Positions 46,005-54,874 of a DNA stretch of 64,000 bases are shown here, piece after piece. The notes beneath the pieces were generated by a model. That model was not told the origin of the DNA, searched no databases, and saw nothing but the letters and a program-made list of their open reading frames with translations. Source of the stretch: Rhodothermales bacterium (GTDB lineage: Bacteria > Bacteroidota > Rhodothermia > Rhodothermales > JAHQVL01); the NCBI GenBank assembly GCA_041391505.1, contig JAWKNW010000013.1:77255-141254 (forward strand), in the 5' to 3' direction. Position 1 is the first letter of the stretch. Every line of letters starts with the position of its first letter. Made by a program: the position numbers and the translations under genes.

Positions 46005-48020
46005 ATGTTGACTACGCATCCATCCACCCGGCGCGTTGCCGGGGCATGTACCGCACTCTTTTTCGCCGCGATCGGTCTGCTCGGATCGTGCGCGCCGCCG
46101 GCTCCGCCCGGCGATCCCCTCGACCATGCGCCCGGGGAAACGGGCTACTATTACCAGCTGGTGGACGTGGCCATCCCGGACAGCATCGTGCTGGAAGTGG
46201 GGGGGCTGGCGATGCTGCCCGATGGACGGCCGGCCGTCGCGACGCGGCGCGGCGAAGTCTGGCTCATCGACAATGCCTACGGCGACCGCCCCGGAGCGCC
46301 GCGATTCGACCTTTTCGCACGCGGTCTGCACGAGCCGCTCGGCCTGCTCTCGCACGAGGGCGCCCTCTACGCCTCGCAGCGCGGCGAGCTCACGAAGATG
46401 GAAGACAAGGACGGCGACGGGCGCGCCGATTCGTTCGAAGCCATTTATTCCTGGCCGCTGACCGGCAATTACCACGAGTATTCGTACGGTCCGTTATTGA
46501 TGCCGAACGGCAATTTCTTCGTCTCGCTCAACCTGGGCTGGTTCGACCGGGGGGAGAGCCGGGCGAAATGGCGTGGCTGGGCGCTGGAAATCACGCCCAA
46601 GGGGGATATGAAGCCGATGGCGGTGGGCTTCCGCTCGCCGGCGGGCATCGGCATGCTGAAGAACGGCGACATCTTTTATGGGGAAAACCAGGGCGACTGG
46701 ATCGGCTCGGGGTGGATCTCGCACATCGAGCCGGGCGATTTCCTCGGGCATCCGGGCGGACTCAAGTGGACGCACGAGCCGGAGTGGTCGTACTTCCAGC
46801 TCGATTACGAGGATATCCCCAACAATAACGAGCCCATGATCGAGGCCGCCAAGACCGTCGAGCCGCTCAAGCTCCCGGCGGTCTGGTTTCCCCATACCAT
46901 CATGGGCATTTCGACCTCCGCGATCATTCAGGACGTGACAGACGGCGGTTTCGGCCCGTTTGCCGATCAGCTGTTCGTGGGGGATCAGGGTCATAGCAAG
47001 TTGATGCGCGTGTACCTCGAGAAGATCGACGGCGCCTACCAGGGCGCGAACTTCCCGTTCTTCGAGGGATTCGCTTCCGGCATCCTGCGTACGGCCTGGG
47101 GCAAGGACCAGTCGCTGTTCGTCGGGCAGACAAGCCGCGGCTGGGATGCCACCGGCAAGGCGCCGTTCGCGCTGCAGCGGCTGGCCTGGACCGGCAACAT
47201 GCCGTTCGAAATGAAAGAGATCCACGCCATGCCCGACGGGTTCGAGATCGTCTTCACCCAGCCGGCGGACCCGACGGCCGCGGCCGATCCCGCGATGTAT
47301 GCCGTGCAGAGCTTTGCGTACCAGTACCACAACACGTACGGCAGCCCGGCCATCAACATCCAGGCGTTGCCGGTTCGGCAGGTCTCCGTGTCGGAGAACG
47401 GGCTGAAAGCCCGCCTGGTGGTGGACGGATTGCGCGAGGGCTACATCCACGAAATTCGCCTCGGCGACCTGCCATCGCAGTCGGGCGCGCCGCTCCTGCA
47501 CGATTTTGCCTTCTACACCCTCAACAACATCCCGGACGGCGCGACCCTCGCGGCCGCCGGCGGCGAGGCGGCAACGAGCACGGGGGGCGCCGGCGGTGAC
47601 CGGGCGCGGAAACACATGACCGCCCAGCCGGCGAGCTGGACGTCCGGCCCCGATCAGACGCTCCGGCTCAGCACCCAGCCCGGGCTCCGCTACTCCGATA
47701 CCCGGTTCGATGTCCGGGCCGGCTCGCGCATCGCCTTCACGTTCGACAACGTCGACGACATGATGCACAACGTCGTCATCACGATGCCCGACGCCGCGGA
47801 CCAGGTGGCCGCGGCTGCGATGGACATCGGCATCCGCGGCCAGGAGCTGGGCTATGTCCCGGATGCGGCCGACGTCCTGTTCTTTACAAGCCTTTTACAA
47901 CCTGCAACGGCAGAAACCATATACTTCGAGGCGCCTTCGATACCGGGTGATTACCCGTTCGTATGCACCTTTCCCGGGCACTCCGCCACCATGCGGGGCA
48001 TCCTGCGCGTACGCGCCTGA
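46005..48020 (+). CDS. Beta-propeller dehydrogenase-like lipoprotein fused to a C-terminal azurin-like type-1 copper domain
   Basis: 671 aa with a lipoprotein signal (LLGSCAPP). Propeller motifs LPDGRPAVATRRGEVWLID, EDKDGDGRADS. The C-terminal ~125 aa carry MMHNVVI ... FVCTFPGHSATM (His/Cys/His/Met ligand pattern, 47964-47993). Confidence 0.8.
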   Translation: MLTTHPSTRRVAGACTALFFAAIGLLGSCAPPAPPGDPLDHAPGETGYYYQLVDVAIPDSIVLEVGGLAMLPDGRPAVATRRGEVWLIDNAYGDRPGAPRFDLFARGLHEPLGLLSHEGALYASQRGELTKMEDKDGDGRADSFEAIYSWPLTGNYHEYSYGPLLMPNGNFFVSLNLGWFDRGESRAKWRGWALEITPKGDMKPMAVGFRSPAGIGMLKNGDIFYGENQGDWIGSGWISHIEPGDFLGHPGGLKWTHEPEWSYFQLDYEDIPNNNEPMIEAAKTVEPLKLPAVWFPHTIMGISTSAIIQDVTDGGFGPFADQLFVGDQGHSKLMRVYLEKIDGAYQGANFPFFEGFASGILRTAWGKDQSLFVGQTSRGWDATGKAPFALQRLAWTGNMPFEMKEIHAMPDGFEIVFTQPADPTAAADPAMYAVQSFAYQYHNTYGSPAINIQALPVRQVSVSENGLKARLVVDGLREGYIHEIRLGDLPSQSGAPLLHDFAFYTLNNIPDGATLAAAGGEAATSTGGAGGDRARKHMTAQPASWTSGPDQTLRLSTQPGLRYSDTRFDVRAGSRIAFTFDNVDDMMHNVVITMPDAADQVAAAAMDIGIRGQELGYVPDAADVLFFTSLLQPATAETIYFEAPSIPGDYPFVCTFPGHSATMRGILRVRA

Positions 48021-48094
48021 CCGCGTCGCCGCCTGCCTCCGCCGTGCCCCATGTGTACCGTTGTGAACGTTTTCACCGACTACCTCCATCCAAG

Positions 48095-48997
48095 ATGACC
48101 ATACGTATGCTCAGGCTCCTAGCCAACCTGCTCCGCGTGTCCCAGCCGGGTCTGGCCCCCTCGCGGGTCCGCCCGGTCTTCCGGAACCGCTTCTGGATGT
48201 GGCTCGCCGCGACAGCCCTCGGGCTGGGCGCGCTGGCCACGCCGGCCCAGGCCCAGAACGCCAAAACCCAGATCGCATCCCACCTCAAAGCCATCGACCA
48301 GCTGAGCAAGGACGCGCTCGCGGCCAGCAAGAAGGCCGAGGCGGCGACCACCGTCGCCGAGGTCAAGCGCCAGGCCGACCTGGTCTTCGCCGCGATCTGG
48401 GGCACCCCTTCCGGTCTGGCCGACCATGACGGCGGCGGCGCCGAGAAGGTGCTCGACTGGAAGAGCCGCTGGCAGTCGGATACCGACGACTTCGAGCTGG
48501 AAACGCCCGAGAAGTTCGGCGTGCTGCCCGGCGCCGTCCAGGATCCCGCCATGATGGGTATGGTCGGGCGAGGCCTGTACGTCCGCGATCTGATCAACGC
48601 CGAGGCGGAAGCCGGCAAGGCCCATTACGATCATGTCGCCAACGCGCTGAGCAATGTGATCGGGTGGATGCGGATGGACTACGCGCCGGCACGCGGCGGC
48701 ATGCCCCGCGTCGATCTCACCTCCGAGTGGGATGCGCCGACCGAATTCTGGCTGTCCACGGCTGATACCGGATGGCTCCACGAAGCCTATTCCCAGGCGC
48801 TGAACATCCTCAAGACCACATACGGATCCGACGTCGCCACGGCGCGGCAACACGCCGCCGGCATGACGCGGCTGCTGGAAAAGGTGCGCGCCGGCGTCGA
48901 CGCCAATGGCAACGGCTCGGTCGAACCGACCATGATGGAGGGCGGTCTTGAGACGGCCCTGCAGCACGCCAAACTGGCCGGCGTGAGCCTGCCCTGA
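48095..48997 (+). CDS. Hypothetical exported protein
   Basis: ORF 47963..48997. Likely starts are the ATG 48095 or the ATG 48197 (MWLAATALGLGALATPAQA, a good signal peptide). Helical, with several Met-rich patches (DPAMMGMVG, EPTMMEGG). No family recognised. Confidence 0.55.
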   Translation: MTIRMLRLLANLLRVSQPGLAPSRVRPVFRNRFWMWLAATALGLGALATPAQAQNAKTQIASHLKAIDQLSKDALAASKKAEAATTVAEVKRQADLVFAAIWGTPSGLADHDGGGAEKVLDWKSRWQSDTDDFELETPEKFGVLPGAVQDPAMMGMVGRGLYVRDLINAEAEAGKAHYDHVANALSNVIGWMRMDYAPARGGMPRVDLTSEWDAPTEFWLSTADTGWLHEAYSQALNILKTTYGSDVATARQHAAGMTRLLEKVRAGVDANGNGSVEPTMMEGGLETALQHAKLAGVSLP

Positions 48998-49050
48998 CCT
49001 TCCCGCGCCACTCGTCCGACCCTTTTCGGTTCTAGCTTTTACATCTTGCC

Positions 49051-51465
49051 ATGAAATCAACCCTACGGATACCGTTTGTCCTGCTGCTGGCTGTCATCCT
49101 TTACGGATGCTCCGGCGCGAAGAATACCGCCACGATGACGGTCATGGACAAACCCGGAGCCATCCGCGTGCTCATGATCACCGCTACCCACGGGTATCGG
49201 CACGAGTCGATCGAAGCGGCCCGGCAGGTCATGCAGGCCGCCAGCGATACGACGGAATTCCTGTTCGACATGACGGAGAACCTGGAGGACCTCAACGACG
49301 CGAATCTCGCGAAGTATGACGTCCTCTTTTTCGCCAACTCCACCCTGCGCACGGCCAACGACCTGACCGACGAGGAACGGATGGCGGCCGCCGACCCGAT
49401 GGTCGGCAACTGGGGGAACTACGACATCTCGTACGAAGGCCGCCGCGGCGTCACGAAAGGCAAAATCGCGCTTTCCGGTACGGCGTCGTCGCTGACGGGC
49501 AATATGCAGATGGAGGGCCAGCCCACGCCGTCGGCGCTGTCGGCGGTGAAACTGACCGGCAACCAGCTGACGCTGGTCTGGTCGGCCGGCAACGCCGGCG
49601 ACGTCACGGCCGTGGCATCCATCGACGGCGACGCGCTGACCGGCGTGGTCAAGATGGGTACCAATGAGATGCCGCTCACCGGCACCCGCACGGGCCCGGC
49701 AGAACGCCTCGACGACGGCCCGCGCGTCACCCACGCGCAGCGCCAGGCCATCATGCGGTTCGTGCGGGCCGGAAAGGGCGTCGCCGTGGCGCATGCCGGC
49801 CTCGACGCGCTGTACGACTGGAAGGAATACGAGACGATGGTCGGCGGCGGCCTCTTCAAGGCGCATCCGTGGACGCAGGACGTCCGCATCGTCGTCGAAG
49901 AGCCCACCAATCCGGCCATGAGCCACCTCGGTAACGCCTTCGAACTGAAGGACGAGATCTACGTCCTCAACGAGAACCCGCGCTGGAATTCCCGCGTCCT
50001 GGCCTCGCTCGACATGGCGAGCGTCGGGGTCACGGAAGAGCCGGCCGACCAGGAACGCAACGACTATCCCATCTCCTGGATTCGCAAGTACGAGGGCGGC
50101 AAGGTGTTCGTGACGAAGCTCGGGCACTTCGCCGAGGTCTGGCAGAACCCGGCGTTCATCCGCCACGTGCTGCAGGGCATGCGCATGGTCGCCGGCCGCG
50201 TCGACGCCGACTTCGGCGGCCATCGCGTCAAGGAAGTCATCGCAGCGGATGTCTGGCCCGACGACATCGCCGTCGACGAACGCGGCAACGTCTGGATCGC
50301 CGAACTGCGCGGCAAGATTCATCGCTACGACGCCCAGACGAAACAGACGCGGCTTCTGGCCACGATCAAGACGACCGAACCGACCGGCATCGAGCATGGC
50401 ATCTACGGCATCGAGGTAGACCCCAACTTCTACAACGGCGAGCCCTACGTCTACATCTTCTACGCGGAGCCGGAGACCTTCATCAATACGCTGTACCGGT
50501 ACGAGTATCGCAACGACAACATCGATTTCTCGACCGAGAAGGTGATCCTGCGCGTCCCGACCGAGCCGCAGTGCTGCCACCAGGCCGGCGACCTCGAATG
50601 GGGCGCGGACGGCACGCTGTTCATCTCGACCGGGGATACCGGCTACTCGGGCACCAAACCCGAATGGGAGATCAGCGAGGACCGCATCAAGGCCTTTGCC
50701 CAGAAGTACGATCTGAAAGAAGATATCCACTGGTCCCGCATCGTGGATTCGGAACGGACGAGCCAGAACCTGACCGACCTGCGCGGCAAGGTGCTGCGCA
50801 TCAACAAGGACGGCTCGATCCCGAAGGACAACCCGTTCTACGGCCAGCCCGGCGTCCGCTGGGAGATCTTCGCCTACGGCCTGCGCAACCCGTACCGCAT
50901 CAAGTGGGACGATCAGACGCAATCCGTCTGGATCGGCGTCGTGGGCCCGGATGCCGTGTACGACTATGACGAGTACAACGTGGCCAAGGGCGGCGAGAAC
51001 TTCGGATGGCCGCGTTCGATCGGCCGGCTCTTCTACAATGAATGGACGCCGGACAAAATCCCGAACTTCCATCCGCCGATCTGGGAGTACCGCTACGACC
51101 AGGGCGGCGCCCGTTCGGCGACGTTCGGACCGATCTACCGCTACAAAGGCCCCGGCGCCTTCCCGGCGATCTTCCAGAACAAGGCCCTCGTCTACGACTG
51201 GTCCCGCCGCTGGATCAAGTGGGCCGACATCGTGGAGGGCACCTACACGACGGACGACGAGCGGATGACGAAGAACAACCCGCTCAACTACTCCACGACG
51301 ACCACCCGACTCAAGAACGTCAAGATCTTCGACCAGCTCACGACGAGCACGCCGATCTCGATGGAGCTCGGGCCCGACGGATGTATCTATGTCGCCGAAT
51401 ACGATGGGTTCTGGGATCCCGGTCCCAATGCCCAGGTGACGCGCTATTGCTGGGTCAACGACTGA
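49051..51465 (+). CDS. ThuA-like domain (with large internal insertion) fused to a PQQ-type glucose/sorbosone dehydrogenase beta-propeller
   Basis: 804 aa with a lipoprotein signal (ILYGCSG). ThuA motifs IRVLMITATHGYRHESI, KYDVLFFANST, FVRAGKGVAVAHAG, FKAHPW, DEIY. After ~aa 385 come GSDH motifs (GDLEWGADGTLFISTGD, RGKVLRINKDGSIPKDNPF, AYGLRNPYR, GGENFGWP). Confidence 0.85.
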   Translation: MKSTLRIPFVLLLAVILYGCSGAKNTATMTVMDKPGAIRVLMITATHGYRHESIEAARQVMQAASDTTEFLFDMTENLEDLNDANLAKYDVLFFANSTLRTANDLTDEERMAAADPMVGNWGNYDISYEGRRGVTKGKIALSGTASSLTGNMQMEGQPTPSALSAVKLTGNQLTLVWSAGNAGDVTAVASIDGDALTGVVKMGTNEMPLTGTRTGPAERLDDGPRVTHAQRQAIMRFVRAGKGVAVAHAGLDALYDWKEYETMVGGGLFKAHPWTQDVRIVVEEPTNPAMSHLGNAFELKDEIYVLNENPRWNSRVLASLDMASVGVTEEPADQERNDYPISWIRKYEGGKVFVTKLGHFAEVWQNPAFIRHVLQGMRMVAGRVDADFGGHRVKEVIAADVWPDDIAVDERGNVWIAELRGKIHRYDAQTKQTRLLATIKTTEPTGIEHGIYGIEVDPNFYNGEPYVYIFYAEPETFINTLYRYEYRNDNIDFSTEKVILRVPTEPQCCHQAGDLEWGADGTLFISTGDTGYSGTKPEWEISEDRIKAFAQKYDLKEDIHWSRIVDSERTSQNLTDLRGKVLRINKDGSIPKDNPFYGQPGVRWEIFAYGLRNPYRIKWDDQTQSVWIGVVGPDAVYDYDEYNVAKGGENFGWPRSIGRLFYNEWTPDKIPNFHPPIWEYRYDQGGARSATFGPIYRYKGPGAFPAIFQNKALVYDWSRRWIKWADIVEGTYTTDDERMTKNNPLNYSTTTTRLKNVKIFDQLTTSTPISMELGPDGCIYVAEYDGFWDPGPNAQVTRYCWVND

Positions 51466-51492
51466 GCGTCGGTCGACTCCGGCACCGATCTC

Positions 51493-51539
51493 GCGCCAGC
51501 ATCTCTGGAAACAGGGGTGCTGGCGCTTTTGTATCGTTT
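51493..51539 (+). terminator. Rho-independent terminator after the ThuA-GSDH gene
   Basis: GCGCCAGCA (51493-51501), 16-nt loop, TGCTGGCGC (51518-51526), immediately followed by TTTTGTATCGTTT. Confidence 0.65.
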
Positions 51540-51640
51540 GAGTGGGATTTTACATGCTTTACATCGGTTTTTCAGCCTGTTAACACCCCTTCCGGGGTAA
51601 AAACGGATGTTGAACCGATGTCTGATATTCCTGGTGAACC

Positions 51641-54250
51641 ATGTCGTACCCATCTGTCCACGCGGTGCTCGCAGGCGCCTTTTTTATCTTCGCAAGCGCG
51701 GCGAGTCCCGCGATCGGACAGACCCGCTCCACCACGACCGCCGGCGACGATGCGCGCATGCAGGCCGAGCGGATCGCATCGTCCATCGTGCTGGATGGGG
51801 TGCTCGACGAGGAGGTATGGCAGCAGGCGGCCCCCATCAGCGACTTCAGGCAGTCGGAACCGATCGACGGCGCGCCGGCCTCCCGGCGTACGGAAGTGCG
51901 GGTGGTGTATGGCGACAACGCGATCTACATCGGCGCGACGCTGTTCGACGATGAGCCCGCCCTGATCGAGCGCGCGCTCGGTCGCCGCGACGACTACAAC
52001 CGGGCCGACTGGTTTCTCGTCTCGATCGATGCGTACTTCGATCACAAGACGGCCTACAGCTTCGGCGTCAACGCCGCCGGCATCCAGTTCGACGCCCTGC
52101 TCCAGAGCACCGATCGCGGCGGAGCGGGGGGAGGCCAGGGCGGCAACAACAACCGCGCGATTCCGCGCGGCATGGATCCCTCCTGGGACGCCATCTGGTA
52201 TTCCAGCGCCAGGCTCTCCCCGGAGGGCTGGACCGCCGAGCTGCGCATCCCGTACAGCATGCTGCGCTTCTCCGACGCCGACCGCCAGACCTGGGGCATC
52301 CACTTTATCCGCCGCATTCCCCGGCTCGGCGAACAGGCCGAGTGGCCCTATGTGCCGAGGATCGAGCGCGACAATCTGCTCGCCCGTTTCGCCCGGCTTG
52401 AAGGGATTCGGGACGTTAACCCGCGGCGCAACGTGCAGGTCTCCCCGTATACGGTCAGCCGGCTACAGACCGAAGAGCATCCCGAGGTGCCCGGCACCTC
52501 GACCAGCAGCCGATCGGTTGACGTGGGAGGCGACGTCAAGATCGGTCTGGGCACGAACGTGACCCTGGATGCCACCATCAATCCGGATTTCGGCCAGGTC
52601 GAAGCAGACCCCGCCGTCCTCAATCTCACGGCGTTCGAAACGTTTCTCCAGGAGCGCCGCCCGTTTTTTGTCGAGGGGATCCAGATCTACGAATTCGCCG
52701 CCGGCCCGGGCCAGCTGCTCTACACGCGCCGGATCGGGGCGGATGCGCCGATCATCGGCGCGACAAAGGTTTCGGGGCGGACCGAATCCGGGCTGTCCTA
52801 CGGCGTGCTGGGGGCGATGACCGGGGATCGCTTTCGGGCGGATCGCACGTTCGGCGTGGGGCGCATCATCCAGCGCATCGGCACGTACTCGTCGGCCGGC
52901 GCGATCGTGACGGCTTACGACGGCGCCGACATCGATGACGGCCAGCATCTGCGCACCTTCGCCAGCGGACTCGACTGGGATCTGCGCTTCCGCGACAACG
53001 CGTACGACGTCGAAGGCTTTTTCTCCGTGACGAACCGGTCGTTTCTGGGGTCGGGACTGCGGCTCGAGGATGAAACCGGGTTTGCCGGCAAGGTGTGGTT
53101 GCGCAAACGCCAGGGAGCGTGGAATGGATTCGGTGGATTGGACGTATTCAGCGACACGTTTAACCCGAACGATCTCGGCCAACTGCGCGAGAACAACTTC
53201 GTGGCGCTGATCTCGCGCATAGAGCATGAACTGAATGGCGGACAGCCCATCGGCCCGTTTCTCCGCGCCTTCACGCGGCTCGTCGTTAACCAGCGCGTTT
53301 CGTACGAATCCGGGCTCGACCTCGGGCAGGAGTTCGACTTCGGCTCACGATGGACGCTGCGCAACCTGCAATCGATCGGCCTCGGGCTGCAGTACGAAAA
53401 CCCGTTCAGCGGCTACGACCTCTACGAGTCGCGGGGGCTGCTAGCCTGGAAAAAACCCGCGTCCTTTGGCCTGAGAACCAGCATCCGCACGGACGAACGG
53501 CGGTCGTGGCAACTCGAACCCGGTCTGGATCTGAAGACGTATCGCGGCGGCGGGCGCGAGGTGGAACTCGGCCTCGAGGGGCGATGGAACGTCAACCCGA
53601 TGCTTTCGCTCTCGGGTCAGATGGAGACGGCCTGGGGCAGCGCGGTGCCGGCGTGGGCGTCGAACGAATCCTTCTGGCGCGACGGCACGACGTGGCGGAT
53701 CGGGCTGGAATCCCTGGCGCCCGACGAACTGGCCGACCCGCAGTACGTGACGATGCCGGATGACGGGGGCGCGCTGGACGCGTTGCTGGCGGGGGCCACG
53801 CCCTACGCGACGGATCGCTATTACGTGTCGATCTTCGGCACGCGGGATACCCGATCCTTCGACCTCACACTGCGCAGCACCGTCACCTTCACCCGGAATC
53901 TGTCGGTGCAATACTACGGTCAGATCTTCGCGGCGCGCGGCACGTACGACCGGTTCCAGCTGCAACAAAGCCGAGACGTGTTGCTGGACTATCCCGCGTT
54001 TCCGAAACGAAACGAGTTCGGGCTCAACAGTTTCCAATCCAGCCTCGTCTTCCGCTGGGAGTACCGGCCCGGATCACGGCTCTTTCTCGTCTGGACCCAT
54101 GGCCGGCAGGGTGAAGATCGCCTCAATCCGCTCGCGCCCTGGGGGGCTTCGCCGTACGACCGGTCGATCGGGAATCAGTTCAGCGATACGTTCGCCCTCT
54201 TCCCGCAAAACGTCTTCCTGATCAAGCTGAATTACACCTTCCTCAACTGA
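51641..54250 (+). CDS. DUF5916 / CBM9-like domain outer-membrane-associated protein
   Basis: 869 aa with a signal peptide. N-terminal IVLDGVLDEEVWQQAAPISDFRQSEP...VRVVYGDNAIYIGATLFD (CBM9-like) is followed by a long beta-rich region ending ...FLIKLNYTFLN (barrel-like C-terminus). Confidence 0.7.
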   Translation: MSYPSVHAVLAGAFFIFASAASPAIGQTRSTTTAGDDARMQAERIASSIVLDGVLDEEVWQQAAPISDFRQSEPIDGAPASRRTEVRVVYGDNAIYIGATLFDDEPALIERALGRRDDYNRADWFLVSIDAYFDHKTAYSFGVNAAGIQFDALLQSTDRGGAGGGQGGNNNRAIPRGMDPSWDAIWYSSARLSPEGWTAELRIPYSMLRFSDADRQTWGIHFIRRIPRLGEQAEWPYVPRIERDNLLARFARLEGIRDVNPRRNVQVSPYTVSRLQTEEHPEVPGTSTSSRSVDVGGDVKIGLGTNVTLDATINPDFGQVEADPAVLNLTAFETFLQERRPFFVEGIQIYEFAAGPGQLLYTRRIGADAPIIGATKVSGRTESGLSYGVLGAMTGDRFRADRTFGVGRIIQRIGTYSSAGAIVTAYDGADIDDGQHLRTFASGLDWDLRFRDNAYDVEGFFSVTNRSFLGSGLRLEDETGFAGKVWLRKRQGAWNGFGGLDVFSDTFNPNDLGQLRENNFVALISRIEHELNGGQPIGPFLRAFTRLVVNQRVSYESGLDLGQEFDFGSRWTLRNLQSIGLGLQYENPFSGYDLYESRGLLAWKKPASFGLRTSIRTDERRSWQLEPGLDLKTYRGGGREVELGLEGRWNVNPMLSLSGQMETAWGSAVPAWASNESFWRDGTTWRIGLESLAPDELADPQYVTMPDDGGALDALLAGATPYATDRYYVSIFGTRDTRSFDLTLRSTVTFTRNLSVQYYGQIFAARGTYDRFQLQQSRDVLLDYPAFPKRNEFGLNSFQSSLVFRWEYRPGSRLFLVWTHGRQGEDRLNPLAPWGASPYDRSIGNQFSDTFALFPQNVFLIKLNYTFLN

Positions 54251-54271
54251 GGCCAGGGCGTGCCGGCCTCA
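54248..54271. terminator. Short hairpin whose arms contain both convergent stop codons (weak bidirectional terminator candidate)
   Basis: TGAGGCC (54248-54), 10-nt loop, GGCCTCA (54265-71). The TGA is the DUF5916 stop, and TCA is the reverse-strand stop of 54269..54757. There are no U-tracts. Confidence 0.35.
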
Positions 54272-54757
54272 CAGCTGCGCGGCGGCGCGGTACCACGAGT
54301 CGCTTCGCAACTTGTGCGTGTACCCCACGATCAGGGCGGCGAACAGCACACCAACGGAAACGTAGAGGGCGTGCTGCCATGCATGATCCTTGATCGAGGT
54401 GGCGCGGGCATCGCGCCGCGTCACGGTGCCACGTACGTCGCCGCTTGAGACGAGATAGATGAAGGCCGTGCTGTCCCGTATCGCGTAGGTGGCGCCCGGA
54501 TAGAGGTCGATCGTGTGCTGCGTCCGGGAGTCGGTGAGCCGAAGCGTGCCCGTGACGACCCGATTGCGGAGCCGCAGCTCCTCGCCGAACTCCGTGCCGA
54601 AAAAAGTCAGGTAGATACCGATCGACAGCAGGGCGCCGAAAAAGAAAAACAGCTTGGCGCGGGTGCCGGCCTGAGCGGCCAGCTGGAGTAGTCGGGCTTT
54701 TTCTTTCTGACGCTGCTCTTCCGTCAGAATAAAATTCCACGCGAACTGATTATCCAT
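54269..54757 (-). CDS. Hypothetical membrane protein (TM - beta-rich domain - TM)
   Basis: 162 aa. Hydrophobic helices KLFFFFGALLSIGIYLTFF and LYVSVGVLFAALIVGY flank a soluble segment. The architecture is reminiscent of DUF3592, but this is not verified. Confidence 0.55.
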   Translation of the reverse strand: MDNQFAWNFILTEEQRQKEKARLLQLAAQAGTRAKLFFFFGALLSIGIYLTFFGTEFGEELRLRNRVVTGTLRLTDSRTQHTIDLYPGATYAIRDSTAFIYLVSSGDVRGTVTRRDARATSIKDHAWQHALYVSVGVLFAALIVGYTHKLRSDSWYRAAAQL

Positions 54758-54874
54758 GATCGATGAAGCGGTGGGGGGATGGAATTAAGTCACCGCTAAC
54801 ATATCCCTGCTTTCGAATCAAAACAAGACGTAAACAGGTCATCAGGCACAAAGATCGGGATGCCGTCGGAATGC

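Noticed and set aside
51548-51564. The shared AT-rich word ATGCTTTACAT occurs at 51554-64 and 63668-78. The related GCTTTTACAT occurs at 49035-44, and TTTACA resembles a -35 box.
   Set aside because: It is suggestive of promoter or operator elements. However, the distances to the start codons are inconsistent (8 nt to about 80 nt), one similar word sits inside a coding region (27165-75), and I cannot evaluate significance without a genome-wide count.
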